Positions 1 through 9,695 of a stretch of 64,000 nucleotides of DNA are shown in pieces (position 1 is the first letter of the stretch; each line of letters starts with the position of its first letter). Origin of the DNA: Caulobacterales bacterium (GTDB lineage Bacteria; Pseudomonadota; Alphaproteobacteria; Caulobacterales; Caulobacteraceae); NCBI GenBank assembly GCA_038213205.1, contig JBBQTP010000001.1, positions 370 to 64,369 on the forward strand, read 5' to 3'. Made by a program: the position numbers and the translations under genes. The notes beneath the pieces were generated by a model, which was not told the origin of the DNA, ran no database searches, and saw only the letters and a program-made list of their open reading frames with translations.

Positions 1-1036
1 GAAAGGCCGATCGGAACCCGTGAACAGTGATGTCCTTGCGTCCCATTCGGCGAAGAACTGCCGATAGGCTCATGTCGGAAAGAGGCCTTCCGGAGCGCGG
101 GCCAGGGAAGACCAGGTGCTCTCCCTCCAGGGTGGGCAACTTCTTGAGGAGCGCCACAGCTGACGCCGAGAGAGGCACCCTGTGTTCCCTTTGAGCCTTC
201 ATCCGCGCAGCCGGCACGGTCCACACACGGTTCCTGAGATCCAATTCGCTCCAGGTAGCGCCGCGCACCTCGCCCGAGCGCGCCGCGGTCAGGATTGTGA
301 ACTCGAGCGCGCGGGCGCTAATCCCCTCCATAGCGCGAAGTTTGGCTACGAACTCTCCCATCTTTGCCCATGGCTGCGCCGCATGGTGCTTGACGCGCTT
401 GACCTTGGACGATGGGGCCAGCAGCGCCGCGAGATGTCCGCGCCAGACGGCCGGGTTCTCGCCCACGAACCAACCGCGCGCTTTGGCGTAGCTGATGATC
501 AGCTCGATCCTGGACCTAAGGCGCGAAGCCGTTTCCGCTTTCGTCGTCCAGATCGGGTTCAGGATGTCCAAGACGTGCTGGGTCGTGACCGCGCTGACCG
601 GAAGATCACCGATATTGGGATAGACGTAGGTCTTGAGCGTGTTCTTCCATTGCTGCCTGTGCTTGGCGTTCTTCCAACCCGCTTCGTGCGCGCCAATGTA
701 GTCGGCCCCGACTTCACGGACCGTGGCCTTTGCGAGGGTTTCCTCCTTTACCCGGGCCTCTTCCTCAACCGCCTTGTGCTCGGCTTCCTGTCTCTTTTCC
801 TCAAGGGGGTCGCGTCCCTTCCTAGTTCGATCCTTCAGTTCTTCGGCCTGCGCGCGCGCCTTGGCGACGCTCAGGTCTGCCAGCGAGCCCAATCCCATTG
901 CCCGCCTGCGGCCGTTCACCTGGTAGCGGAAGATCCAGCTCTTGGCGCCGCCCTTTCCGACTTGGAGATACAATCCGTCACCGTCAGGATGCAGTCCCTC
1001 CTTGGCGTGTTTGATCTCTAGCGTCGAAAGTCCCAT
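1..1036 (-). CDS. int: P4-type tyrosine recombinase / genomic-island integrase (N-terminal ~345 aa; C-terminus lies beyond the left edge)
   Basis: Not in the supplied track because it has no stop inside the window. The reverse strand from ATG (1036..1034) reads MGLSTLEIKHAKEGLHPDGDGLYLQVGKGGAKSWIFRYQVNGRRRAMGLGS..., a DUF4102/arm-type N-terminus. It continues ...LEFTILTAARSGEVRGATWSELDL...REHRVPLS...ITVHGFRSAF, which carries the catalytic Arg and H-x-x-R, and is still open at position 1. The listed ORF 182..1021(+) is its antisense shadow. Confidence 0.85.
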   Translation of the reverse strand, partial: MGLSTLEIKHAKEGLHPDGDGLYLQVGKGGAKSWIFRYQVNGRRRAMGLGSLADLSVAKARAQAEELKDRTRKGRDPLEEKRQEAEHKAVEEEARVKEETLAKATVREVGADYIGAHEAGWKNAKHRQQWKNTLKTYVYPNIGDLPVSAVTTQHVLDILNPIWTTKAETASRLRSRIELIISYAKARGWFVGENPAVWRGHLAALLAPSSKVKRVKHHAAQPWAKMGEFVAKLRAMEGISARALEFTILTAARSGEVRGATWSELDLRNRVWTVPAARMKAQREHRVPLSASAVALLKKLPTLEGEHLVFPGPRSGRPLSDMSLSAVLRRMGRKDITVHGFRSAF

Positions 1037-1308
1037 CGCGTCCTCGTCGGTTCTACCCACCACTCAACTCACCACTTTTGGTGTGGCTTTTAGGGAGTGG
1101 TCGTAAACGACGGTGATCGATGGATCTGGAAATGGCAATAGAATCAGATTGCTAAGTGCAGAAAAGTGAGTGCCTGTGAATGTCGAAAATAGCTATTCCC
1201 GCGGACACCCTCTCCGCCATCGGTTGTTGAAATCACAGGGATTTCTTCAACTCGATAAGTTCCACGCATCAACCAACCCAACAAACGCTGGAATGCCCGC
1301 GACCCGAA

Positions 1309-1656
1309 TTATTTTCGGACCGCTGTGATCTCTGGCAGGCCGTTGCCTTGATTGGCGTCGAAGCCGATCTTCTGGCCGACCTTCAGGCCCTTGAGCAGCG
1401 CCGGGGCCTTGGCGTGGAAGCCCATGGTCATTGCCGGCCAACCGAGCGAGGGGATCGGGTCGTGCTTGATGGTCACCGTCGACCGCGCCGCATCAATCTC
1501 CGTGATCACGCCGACGCCCTTGCCGGTCTTGGTGGCCGAGGCGGGCAGGGACATGCCCTTCATGTCGGCCATGGGCTTCTCCGGTGCGGCGATGGCCGCC
1601 CCGGCGGCGGCCATCGCCAGGATGGCGGCCACAGCCGTCAGGACTTGGGGTCTCAT
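1309..1656 (-). CDS. cusF: periplasmic Cu(I)/Ag(I)-binding protein CusF
   Basis: 115 aa with a signal peptide. GVGVITEID..TVTIKHDPIPSLGWPAMTMGF matches the CusF OB fold with an M-x-M site. It starts 2 nt after the cusA stop. Confidence 0.8.
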   Translation of the reverse strand: MRPQVLTAVAAILAMAAAGAAIAAPEKPMADMKGMSLPASATKTGKGVGVITEIDAARSTVTIKHDPIPSLGWPAMTMGFHAKAPALLKGLKVGQKIGFDANQGNGLPEITAVRK

Positions 1657-1658
1657 GT

Positions 1659-4600
1659 TCAGCTCCTTGGGGGTTGAGACTTGGAAACGGTGGCTGGGCG
1701 CCGGCGACGCAACAGCAGGTAGCCGGCGGGGATCACCAGCATCGAGAGCAGGGGCGCGGTCAGCATGCCGCCGATCATCGGGGCGGCGATGCGGCTCATC
1801 ACCTCCGAGCCGGCTCCATGACCGATCAGGATGGGGGCCAGGCCCGCCAGAATTACAGCGACGGTCATGGCCTTGGGCCGCACCCGCAAGAGCGCACCCT
1901 CGCGCACGGCGGCGGCGAGGTCGTCACCGCTCGGGTCTGGTCCGCACTCGGCCAGGGCCTGCTTGAGGTAGATCAACATCACCACGCCGAACTCCGCCGA
2001 GACCCCGGCCAGCGCGATGAACCCGACGCCGGTGGCGACCGACTGATGGTAGCCCAGCAGGTAGAGCGCCCAGATGCCGCCGGTCAGCGCGAAGGGCAGG
2101 GTCGCCATGATCAGGGCGGCTTCGTCCAGGCGGCGGAACGTGGCGTAGAGTAGCAGGAAGATGATCGCGAGCGTGGCGGGCACCACCAACTTCAGCCGCT
2201 CGGCCGCGCGCTGGAGATATTCGAACTGGCCGGAGTAGGCGATGGAAACCCCGGGCGGCGGCTTCACGTCACGGGCGACAGCGCGTTGGAGGTCGCCCAC
2301 CACCGAGCTGAGGTCGCGCCCCCGCACATCGACATAGACCCAGGTGGAAGGCCGCGCGTTCTCGGTCTTCAACATCGGCGGTCCGTCGGCGACCTCGATC
2401 CTGGCGACCGCGCCCAGGGTGATCTGCTGGCCGGCTGGGGTCAGGACCGGCAGCGCGCGCAGGCCCTCCAGGCTGTCGCGTAGCTCGCGCGGGTAGCGGA
2501 CATTGATCGGGTAGCGCGCGACGCCCTCCACAGTCTCGCCAATGGTCTCCCCGCCGATGGCGCCGGAGACGATCTGTTGAACATCGGCAACGTTGAGGCC
2601 GAAACGAGCCGCCGCTGCGCGGTCGATGTCGACATTCACATACCGCCCGCCCGTGAGCCGTTCCGCGAGCGCGGAGGAGACGCCGGGCGTGCGCTTGGCG
2701 ACTGCCTCGACGGCGGCGGCCGTGCGGTCGAGATCGGCTAGGTTGGAACCGGAGACCTTCACGCCGATGGGGCTCTTGATGCCGGTCGCCAGCATGTCGA
2801 TCCGGTTGCGGATTGGTGGGACCCAGACGTTGGCGAGGCCGGGGATCTTCACCGTCCGGTCCAGCTCGTCCACCAGCTTCTCCGGCGTCATGCCGGGCCG
2901 CCACTGGTCGCGGGGCTTGAACTGGATGGTGGTCTCGAACATCTCCAGTGGCGCGGGATCGGTGGCGCTCTCAGCGCGCCCGGCCTTGCCGAATACGGTC
3001 TTCACCTCGGGCACGGTGCGGATCAGGCGGTCGGTCTGCTGGAGCAGGTCCGACGCCTTGGCCACCGAAATCCCCGGCAGGGCGGACGGCATGTAGAGCA
3101 GGTCACCCTCGTCCATGGGCGGGATGAACTCGCCGCCCAGCCGCGTGAGCGGAAAGGCGGTGGTGGCGAAGGCCAGCAGCGCCAGGATCAGCACCGTCCG
3201 AGGCCGGCGCAGGGTCCAGTCGATGGCCGGGCGGTAGGCCGACGTGAGCCAGCGGTTGAGCGGGTTCTCGTGCTCGGCCGGGATGCGCCCACGGATCAGG
3301 TAGCCCATCAGCACTGGGACCAGGGTCACCGACAGGATCGCCGCACCGGCCATGGCGTAGCTCTTGGTGAACGCCAGCGGCGAGAACAGCCGCCCCTCCT
3401 GCGCCTGGAGTGCAAACACCGGAACGAACGACAAGGTGATGATGACGAGACTGAGGAACAGGGCCGGGCCGACCTCGACCGCCGCATCGGTGACCACCCG
3501 CCAGCGCGTGTCGACGTCGAGGGTTGCGCCGGGGTGCTCGTGGCCCCATCGCTCCAGTCGCTTATGGGCGTTCTCGATCATCACCACCGCCGCATCGACC
3601 ATCGCGCCGATGGCGATGGCGATGCCGCCCAGCGACATGATGTTGGCGTTGACGGCTTGGAACCGCATGACGATGAAGGCGAACAGTACGCCCAGCGGCA
3701 AAGTCAGGATCGCCACCAGCGCCGAGCGCCCGTGCCAGAGGAAGAGGCCGCAGACCAGCGCCACGATCACGAACTCCTCGACCAGCTTCTGGGTCAGGTT
3801 GGAGATCGCCCGGTCGATCAGGCCGGAGCGGTCGTAGGTGGTGACGATCTCGACGCCGGCTGGCAGGCTGCGCTTCAGCTCCTCGACCTTGGTCTTCACG
3901 GCCGCCAGCGTGGCCCGCGCGTTCTTGCCGGAGCGCAGCACCACCACGCCGCCCGTCACCTCGCCCTGGCCGTTCAGCTCGGCCACGCCGCGCCGCATCT
4001 CGGGGCCGATCTGGAGGGTGGCGATCTGACCGAGGGTGACGGGGACGCCACCGGCGGCTGTGCGCAGCGGGATGGCGCGGACATCGTCCAGGGTCTTCAG
4101 GTAGCCCGAGGCGCGGACCATGTATTCGGCCTCGCCCAGCTCCAGCACAGAGCCGCCAGCTTCCTGATTGGCCCGCTGGATGGCCTCGACCGCCTGGCTA
4201 TGGGTGACGCCATAGGCCGCGAGTTTCGCCGGATCGATCAGCACCTGGTATTCGCGCACCATGCCGCCGATGCTTGCCACCTCGGCGACGCCGGGCAGGG
4301 TCTTCAGTTCGTAGCGCAGGAACCAGTCCTGAAGGCCGCGGAGCTGCGACAGGTCGTGACGGCCGGTGCGGTCCACCAGCGCGTACTCGTATATCCAGCC
4401 GACCCCGGTGGCGTCGGGACCGAGCGAGGGTTTGGCGGCGGCCGGGAGGCGGCCTTGGGTCTGGTTCAGATATTCCAGCACCCGCGAGCGCGCCCAGTAG
4501 AGGTCGGTCCCATCCTCGAAGATCACGTAGACGAAGCTGTCGCCAAAGAACGAATAGCCGCGCACGGTCTTCGCGCCCGGCACCGAGAGCATGGTGGTAG

Positions 4601-4808
4601 TCAGCGGATAGGTGACCTGGTTCTCCACGATCTGCGGCGCCTGACCGGCGAAGCTGGTGCGGATCACGACCTGCACGTCCGACAGGTCCGGCAGGGCGTC
4701 CACCGGCGTCGAGCGCACCGCCATCACCCCCGCCACAAGCAGGGCCAGCGCCGCGATCAGCACAAGCACGCGTCCACGCACGGACGCCCGGATGAGAGCG
4801 GCGATCAT
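1659..4808 (-). CDS. cusA: HME-RND inner-membrane efflux pump, CusA type (monovalent Cu/Ag)
   Basis: 1049 aa with RND architecture. The TM4 signature [20 protein letters not shown] is the A-I-G-x2-V-D-A-A-x3-E-N form of CusA/HME4, not the D-F-G..D-G-A form of CzcA. There is a 4-nt overlap with cusB. Confidence 0.9.
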   Translation of the reverse strand: MIAALIRASVRGRVLVLIAALALLVAGVMAVRSTPVDALPDLSDVQVVIRTSFAGQAPQIVENQVTYPLTTTMLSVPGAKTVRGYSFFGDSFVYVIFEDGTDLYWARSRVLEYLNQTQGRLPAAAKPSLGPDATGVGWIYEYALVDRTGRHDLSQLRGLQDWFLRYELKTLPGVAEVASIGGMVREYQVLIDPAKLAAYGVTHSQAVEAIQRANQEAGGSVLELGEAEYMVRASGYLKTLDDVRAIPLRTAAGGVPVTLGQIATLQIGPEMRRGVAELNGQGEVTGGVVVLRSGKNARATLAAVKTKVEELKRSLPAGVEIVTTYDRSGLIDRAISNLTQKLVEEFVIVALVCGLFLWHGRSALVAILTLPLGVLFAFIVMRFQAVNANIMSLGGIAIAIGAMVDAAVVMIENAHKRLERWGHEHPGATLDVDTRWRVVTDAAVEVGPALFLSLVIITLSFVPVFALQAQEGRLFSPLAFTKSYAMAGAAILSVTLVPVLMGYLIRGRIPAEHENPLNRWLTSAYRPAIDWTLRRPRTVLILALLAFATTAFPLTRLGGEFIPPMDEGDLLYMPSALPGISVAKASDLLQQTDRLIRTVPEVKTVFGKAGRAESATDPAPLEMFETTIQFKPRDQWRPGMTPEKLVDELDRTVKIPGLANVWVPPIRNRIDMLATGIKSPIGVKVSGSNLADLDRTAAAVEAVAKRTPGVSSALAERLTGGRYVNVDIDRAAAARFGLNVADVQQIVSGAIGGETIGETVEGVARYPINVRYPRELRDSLEGLRALPVLTPAGQQITLGAVARIEVADGPPMLKTENARPSTWVYVDVRGRDLSSVVGDLQRAVARDVKPPPGVSIAYSGQFEYLQRAAERLKLVVPATLAIIFLLLYATFRRLDEAALIMATLPFALTGGIWALYLLGYHQSVATGVGFIALAGVSAEFGVVMLIYLKQALAECGPDPSGDDLAAAVREGALLRVRPKAMTVAVILAGLAPILIGHGAGSEVMSRIAAPMIGGMLTAPLLSMLVIPAGYLLLRRRRPATVSKSQPPRS

Positions 4809-6268
4809 TGCGCAGCCGCCGGGCCGATTCGGCGCACCGTCGGCGTAGCGGTGGGCTGGTCGAAGGCGAACGCCACGCGGTCCCCGGCCTTCAGCCCTCG
4901 GGCCAACGCCGGGTTGGCGAGCCGGAAGGTCATGGTCATGGCCGGCCAGGGCACCGCGGGGATCGGCTGGTGGGAGATGGTCACGCCGTCCGGCTTGAGC
5001 TGCTCGATGACGCCGACGCCCTCGTAGAGGCTGGGTGCAGCCACAGCCGGGCCCGTCCGGGCGACGGGTCGGGCCTCGACGCCGGACAGGCTCGCCTCGC
5101 TGTCGAGCAGGAACTGGCCGGAGGCCACCACCTTGTCGCCTTCCGAAAGGCCCGCCAGGACCTCGGTCCGGTCGCCGGCCTCGCGTCCGGTCTTCACCTC
5201 GGCCGGGACATAGCGGCCACCGGGTTGGGCCAGCATGACCAGAGAGCGGCGGCCCGTTCGGATCACCGCTTCTGAGGGGACCAGTAGGGCCGGCTGAGAG
5301 AGCCCACCGAACTGCACCGTAGCGAACAGGCCGGGTCGCAGAAGCCCGCCGGGGTTGGGCAACTCCAGCCGAACGGTCAGGGTATGGCTGGCCGCATCTG
5401 CTTGCGGCAGGATGGCCGTCACGCGACCGTTGAAGGTCTCGCCGGGATAGGCCGCCAGGGTGGCCGTCGCGGTCTCGCCAGGCCGCATCTGCCCGGACAT
5501 CGCTTCGGGAACGGCGGCATTCAGCCAGACCCGCGAGACGCCGTTCACCTCGGCCAAGGTTTCGCCCGCCGTGACGGTCATCCCGTTGCGCACGCTCAGC
5601 GTCTTGATCACGCCGCCGGTCGGCGTGGAGACGGTGACCATGTTGTGCGCAAGGCCGTCCTTCTCCACCGCCGCGATCAGGCTCGCGGGCATGCCTAGCA
5701 GTTGCAGCCTTTGGCGCGCCGCGCGGATCAGCGCGGCGTCCCCGGTGTGGGTCACCGCCAAGAATTCACCCTGAGCCCCGGCCCATTCAGGGACCAGCAG
5801 GTCGGCGAGCGGCGCGCCAGCCGCCACGACATCACCGGGCGCACGGCCGTAGACCCGTTGCACGAAGCCAGCGGCCTTGGCCTGCACCACCGCCACGTCG
5901 CGGGCGTTGAAGTCGATGACGCCGGTGGCGGTGACGCCGCTCGGCAATGCGCCGCGCCCGACGGTGGCGAGGCGGACGCCGAGGTTCTGGGTCTTCGCCG
6001 GATCGATCCGCACGGCCGCCGCAGGCCCGGCGTCAGACGCTTCACCCGCGTATTTCGGCTTGAGCTGCATGTCCATGAACGGCGACTTGCCCGGCTTGTC
6101 GAAGTGCTGGGCGGGGTACATTGGGTCGTACCAATAGAGGGCGTTGCCAGCAGCATGTGCCGGTAGTGTGGGCGGGGCGTGGCTCCCCATTCGGCCAAGG
6201 CCGAAGCCGGCCAGGGCGGCGAGCGCGACGGCCACGCCACTGGCAAACAGGGTCTGGCGGCGGGTCAT
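4805..6268 (-). CDS. cusB: RND membrane-fusion protein CusB with C-terminal CusF-like domain
   Basis: I start it at [19 protein letters not shown] (ATG 6268..6266), which overlaps the cusC stop as ATGA. The track ORF extends to 6475. It has the N-terminal metal-binding motif [25 protein letters not shown] and an HlyD-like core. The C-terminal [32 protein letters not shown] is paralogous to CusF. Confidence 0.85.
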   Translation of the reverse strand: MTRRQTLFASGVAVALAALAGFGLGRMGSHAPPTLPAHAAGNALYWYDPMYPAQHFDKPGKSPFMDMQLKPKYAGEASDAGPAAAVRIDPAKTQNLGVRLATVGRGALPSGVTATGVIDFNARDVAVVQAKAAGFVQRVYGRAPGDVVAAGAPLADLLVPEWAGAQGEFLAVTHTGDAALIRAARQRLQLLGMPASLIAAVEKDGLAHNMVTVSTPTGGVIKTLSVRNGMTVTAGETLAEVNGVSRVWLNAAVPEAMSGQMRPGETATATLAAYPGETFNGRVTAILPQADAASHTLTVRLELPNPGGLLRPGLFATVQFGGLSQPALLVPSEAVIRTGRRSLVMLAQPGGRYVPAEVKTGREAGDRTEVLAGLSEGDKVVASGQFLLDSEASLSGVEARPVARTGPAVAAPSLYEGVGVIEQLKPDGVTISHQPIPAVPWPAMTMTFRLANPALARGLKAGDRVAFAFDQPTATPTVRRIGPAAAQ

Positions 6269-7500
6269 TGGTCGCTCCCATAGGTCAGCATGATCCGGGC
6301 GCCGTCGCGCATCACCATCGCCTCCCGCTCCAGAGCGGTGAGCTTGGCGTCGGCGAGCGCGGTCATCGCGTCGAGCACATCGGCCAGCGTCGCCGTGCCT
6401 GCCGCATAGCTGGCGGTTTCGAGATCTGCGCGCTGCTGAGCGGCCGGCGCCACGACTGTCAGCGTCCGTTGCCACTGGTCGTGGTGCATCTGGTGGTCCG
6501 CGAGGTCACCGTCGAGCTGGGCCGCAAGGCCCCGCCGCGTGTCCTCACGCTCCGCCGTGGCCTTCGACGCCTCGGCTCGACGCGCGGCGATCAGCGGGTC
6601 CTGCCTGGACCCGGCGAAGATCGGCAGGCTGACGGTCACACCGGCCATCACCATGTCGCCGAACCGTGGGTCCCGCCGTTGGTAGCCGACTTCCCAGCTC
6701 CAATCGGGGCGCTTGGTAGCGCGAGCCGCGTCAACCGCCGCCTCGGCGCGCCGGACGGCAGCGCCGGATACCAGCAGGGTCGGATTGTCGACCAAGGCGG
6801 CACGCAGAGTCGTGTCGTCGATAAGGTAATGGGGCGCACCCCCGGCCGCGCTCGGCGCAGGCTCGGCGGTCCAGCGGCTAAGGTCGGCGCGGGCGCGGGT
6901 CACAGCCGCAGCAAGTTCGCTTCGCCGATCCTCCAACGACGCTTGCAACTGCACTGGCGCGAGCGCCTGGGCAGGGCGCTGGCGGCCGGCAGCCACCGCT
7001 GAAGGCTGAGCCTTCCACAAGGGTGTGAGGTTCGCGAGCACCAGGTCGAGCGCCGCCAGCCTGCGCTCGGAATAGGCCAGGTCGATCCAGGCCACGGCGG
7101 TAGCGACCTTCACCTTCCGCGCCTCGGCCTGTTGGCCGGCGTCCGCCAGAGAGATCTCAGCGCGTGCGCCCGTGGTCTCCGCCCGGCGACGTGCGGCGTT
7201 CGGCACGTCTTGCGTGACGCCGATCCTGAAGTCGCTGAAGTCGTCGCGGCTCGGGTGGCCGGCGTTTGGCCCGGAGACCGGAAAGCCTTCGGCGGCGACG
7301 TTGAGCTTGGGGTCGGGCAGCGCGCCGGCCGCCCGCGCGGCCTGCCGCGCCGCGTCGGCCTGCAAGCGCGTCGCCTCAAGGCTGGGCGCGCTGGCGACCG
7401 CGCGCTCCAGCGCCGCCGCATAGGTTAGAGGACCAGCCTGGGCGGGGCTCGCCAGGGCGGCGCCGGCCGCCAGGGCCGGCAACCATCGAAAAGGAGACAT
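6265..7500 (-). CDS. cusC: outer-membrane efflux factor (TolC/CusC family)
   Basis: Starts at MSPFRWLPALAAGAALASPAQA (ATG 7500..7498, AGGAG 8 nt upstream). OEP-type repeats: LTYAAALERAV...LEA..LQADAA. First of three coupled cus genes. Confidence 0.8.
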   Translation of the reverse strand: MSPFRWLPALAAGAALASPAQAGPLTYAAALERAVASAPSLEATRLQADAARQAARAAGALPDPKLNVAAEGFPVSGPNAGHPSRDDFSDFRIGVTQDVPNAARRRAETTGARAEISLADAGQQAEARKVKVATAVAWIDLAYSERRLAALDLVLANLTPLWKAQPSAVAAGRQRPAQALAPVQLQASLEDRRSELAAAVTRARADLSRWTAEPAPSAAGGAPHYLIDDTTLRAALVDNPTLLVSGAAVRRAEAAVDAARATKRPDWSWEVGYQRRDPRFGDMVMAGVTVSLPIFAGSRQDPLIAARRAEASKATAEREDTRRGLAAQLDGDLADHQMHHDQWQRTLTVVAPAAQQRADLETASYAAGTATLADVLDAMTALADAKLTALEREAMVMRDGARIMLTYGSDQ

Positions 7501-7571
7501 GCTCCGACACTCCTGCTGACAGCGCACATGCGCCAAGGCCGGCGGCAAGGCGCCGCCGGGTCACACGGGGG

Positions 7572-7958
7572 TCAGAGTTGCTTGGGTGGTCGCAGGTCCC
7601 GGTCGGGCGGACGCGAGGGGCCGCCTTCCTTGTAGGTCGCGCACAGGTCTGCCGCGTTGGCCGTTAGAAAGACTGCGACTGAGGTTTCTGCGAGGACCGG
7701 CGCGTTGGCGCCCATCTGGCAGACAACCCCCTGCTTGCAGGGGCTGTCGGTCTTGCCGCCCTTGTCCGGCGCGGTTGTGTGGTGACCCATCGTCGTCGCC
7801 GTAGCCTGCATTTGCGCCATCATCGCGCAGTCTGGCGGGCATGGATCGCAAGGCGTAGCCGCCGCGCGCGCCGGCAGGCTCACGATCACCATCATGATCG
7901 CGGCGAGAAAGGCGGCAAACGTGGTCAACCTGGGCAGGGCGCGTCTCCTGGCCCTCAA
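7572..7958 (-). CDS. small secreted Cys/Met/His-rich protein, putative metal-binding, function unknown
   Basis: Lies 71 nt upstream of cusC on the same strand. Predicted signal peptide RARRRALPRLTTFAAFLAAIMMVIVSLPARAAA. The mature part carries CDPCPPDC, MMAQMQ, MGHH and SPCKQGVVCQM. The start is uncertain: TTG at 7958 is my choice, while the track ORF runs to TTG 8054 through two hairpins. Confidence 0.5.
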   Translation of the reverse strand: MRARRRALPRLTTFAAFLAAIMMVIVSLPARAAATPCDPCPPDCAMMAQMQATATTMGHHTTAPDKGGKTDSPCKQGVVCQMGANAPVLAETSVAVFLTANAADLCATYKEGGPSRPPDRDLRPPKQL

Positions 7959-8082
7959 GAATGGCGATGAGCCTGCGCCAGGGCAAGGCCCATCGCCTGG
8001 TCGGACGAGACAGCGCCAGGCCGGCAAATCTGTGGCGGAGTCTGTCTCCGCCAATTCTGTCTGCCGGCGACTGACCGGAAAC

Positions 8083-8102
8083 GGGGCCGCCGAGGCGGCC
8101 CC
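8083..8102 (-). terminator. GC hairpin downstream of the porin gene (weak U-tract)
   Basis: On the minus strand, GGGGCCGCCTCGGCGGCCCC followed by GTTTCC, 25 nt after the porin stop. A second inverted repeat GGCGGAG-N5-CTCCGCC lies at 8034..8052. Confidence 0.4.
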
Positions 8103-8126
8103 GCCCGAGTTACAACTCTGGCAGGC

Positions 8127-9449
8127 CTACCAGCGCAGCTGGCCGAACAGGCCGAGCTCGTCGTAGGTCCCCTTGTGGATCCCGCCGATCGTGCCGTTGG
8201 AGGTAGCCAGCGCGCCGTTGTCGACCGCATCGCGCTTGTAGACGAGGGCGAAGTCCACGGTCTTGGCCGGCTCGTAGTTGAGGCCAAGGTTGAAGTAGCC
8301 TTCCTTCTCGTGCGGGTTGACCGTCTTCGACGGCTTGACCGAGTCATACCGGCCGAAGGCGCTGATCTGCGGGGTAAAATTGAAGTTCCCGAAGACCGAG
8401 ACGCCGTCCGACTTGTCGGCGGCCACGGTGGTGACATTGGCCCAGTTCTCGGCGGCGAAGTACTCCGCCCCCACCTTGAACTTGGTAGTGCCGTAGGCCG
8501 CGATCAGATTGACGCGGTTGGCGGTGTGGAAGGTGGCGACGTTCTGCACCGCCTTGCCAAGCTTGCCGGAATAGACCCCGGCGCCCAAGGTCACACCGTC
8601 GAACGCGGTCGAGACGCGCGCCTCGATGTCCATGTCCTTGGAGCGGGTGGGGTTCTTGTAGCCGGCGCCGTTCACCAGGGAGACGGCGTAGTTCACCTTG
8701 CCGACCTTGCCGAGCGCGTGCGCGCCCCAGTCGGCGGAAGTGGCGAACTTGTCCTTGTCGGCGACGGTGTTCTCGACGAAGCGGTAGCCGTAGACCTCCT
8801 CTGCGAAGGGCACCCAGGGCAGGTCCGAGGCGCCCAGGCGCACGGTGAGTGCGTCGGAGTATTTGGCCTGCAGGTAGGCCTTCTTCAGGTAGACCTGGGT
8901 CAGGCCGTCGGCGGCCACATAGGCCACATCGGTGGTGACGTTGGCCGAATAGGTGTCGTTGAACTTGTGATCGATGCCCACGTAGAAGCGCTTGATGTCG
9001 AGGCTGGCGCCGGTGGCCGGAACCTTGGCGCCGTCCTTCTTCTGCTCGATGTCGGTGAGGTCGTAGTACATACGGCCGCTGACCGTGGTGGCGGCTTCCC
9101 AGCCGGGCTTCGGCTTGGCGGCGGCGACGGCGGTCTTCACCTCGCCCGGGATGGTCTTGATGGCGCTGTCGGCCTGGTCTTGCACGGCCGTGGCGCGGTC
9201 GGCGGCAGCCTGGGCGGCGGCGCGGGCCGATTGGGCGTCGGCCGCGGCCTGTTGGTTGGCCTGGTGTTGGGACACCAGCAGGTCCTTCAACGCTTGGACC
9301 TGAGCGCGCAGTTCGGCCACTTCGGCAGCGGTGGCCGCAACCGGCGCGGGCGCCTTGGCGGTGGTCTTGGCCTCGGCGTGCGAGCCGACGCTGACCGTCA
9401 ACACCGCGGTGAGAACTACCGCTGCGAGCTGGGTTGTCGTTGATTTCAT
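8127..9449 (-). CDS. outer-membrane porin with N-terminal coiled coil (OprO/OprP-like beta-barrel)
   Basis: 440 aa with a signal peptide ending SHAEA. It has an Ala/Gln-rich coiled coil (AAEVAELRAQVQALKDLL), alternating beta-strand patterns, and an aromatic C-terminal residue (...LFGQLRW). Confidence 0.65.
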   Translation of the reverse strand: MKSTTTQLAAVVLTAVLTVSVGSHAEAKTTAKAPAPVAATAAEVAELRAQVQALKDLLVSQHQANQQAAADAQSARAAAQAAADRATAVQDQADSAIKTIPGEVKTAVAAAKPKPGWEAATTVSGRMYYDLTDIEQKKDGAKVPATGASLDIKRFYVGIDHKFNDTYSANVTTDVAYVAADGLTQVYLKKAYLQAKYSDALTVRLGASDLPWVPFAEEVYGYRFVENTVADKDKFATSADWGAHALGKVGKVNYAVSLVNGAGYKNPTRSKDMDIEARVSTAFDGVTLGAGVYSGKLGKAVQNVATFHTANRVNLIAAYGTTKFKVGAEYFAAENWANVTTVAADKSDGVSVFGNFNFTPQISAFGRYDSVKPSKTVNPHEKEGYFNLGLNYEPAKTVDFALVYKRDAVDNGALATSNGTIGGIHKGTYDELGLFGQLRW

Positions 9450-9580
9450 AAGAGTTATCCCCCTCCTTGTGTCTCGTGGCTGGGCGGAGAGACCTGAAGG
9501 CTCCCGGCAAACCGAGGCGCGCGTTCTTGACTGGCCGGGTTAATGCAAGGTCAGGAAATGCGAGATCGCGGCCGCGCGAC

Positions 9581-9608
9581 CGGCCCGGCCCTACGGGCCG
9601 ATTTTTTT
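9581..9608 (+). terminator. orphan intrinsic terminator (CGGCCCG-GCCCTA-CGGGCCG + ATTTTTTT)
   Basis: A perfect 7-bp GC stem followed by a 7-T run, which is very unusual in this GC-rich DNA. No plus-strand gene ends upstream of it. It lies 88 nt before the XRE-cupin start. Confidence 0.6.
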
Positions 9609-9695
9609 GATCGCGGCAGGGCCCAGCCGATCACCTGTCGCGGCGACGGAAATCACCCTAGGCTCGCCCGCTTCGAAGCTAGGGAGCCGGACCGT

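Noticed and set aside
182-1021. 279-aa plus-strand ORF at the left edge
   Set aside because: It is the antisense shadow of the integrase gene. Its translation is Arg/Leu/Gly-rich with no domain features. The opposite strand gives an unmistakable tyrosine-recombinase sequence.
1037-1308. Possible tRNA gene, tRNA fragment or att site in the low-GC spacer next to the integrase
   Set aside because: I found no T-loop (GGTTCGA-type) or acceptor/CCA-like features, and no direct repeat elsewhere in the window. A real attachment site may lie off-window. tRNAscan-SE or ARAGORN should still be run.
3270-5027. 585-aa plus-strand ORF, plus many other 60-200-aa ORFs across 1.3-7.5 kb
   Set aside because: It is antisense or off-frame to cusA/cusB and has an Arg/Gly/His/Asp-rich composition. 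In such GC-rich DNA, stop codons are rare in every frame, so ORF length alone is not evidence.
9543-9695. N-terminal extension of the XRE-cupin ORF (track start 9543)
   Set aside because: The extension is Arg/Gly-rich, contains the strong terminator hairpin and T-run, and lacks an RBS. ATG 9696 has AGGGAG upstream and begins a canonical HTH_3 domain.
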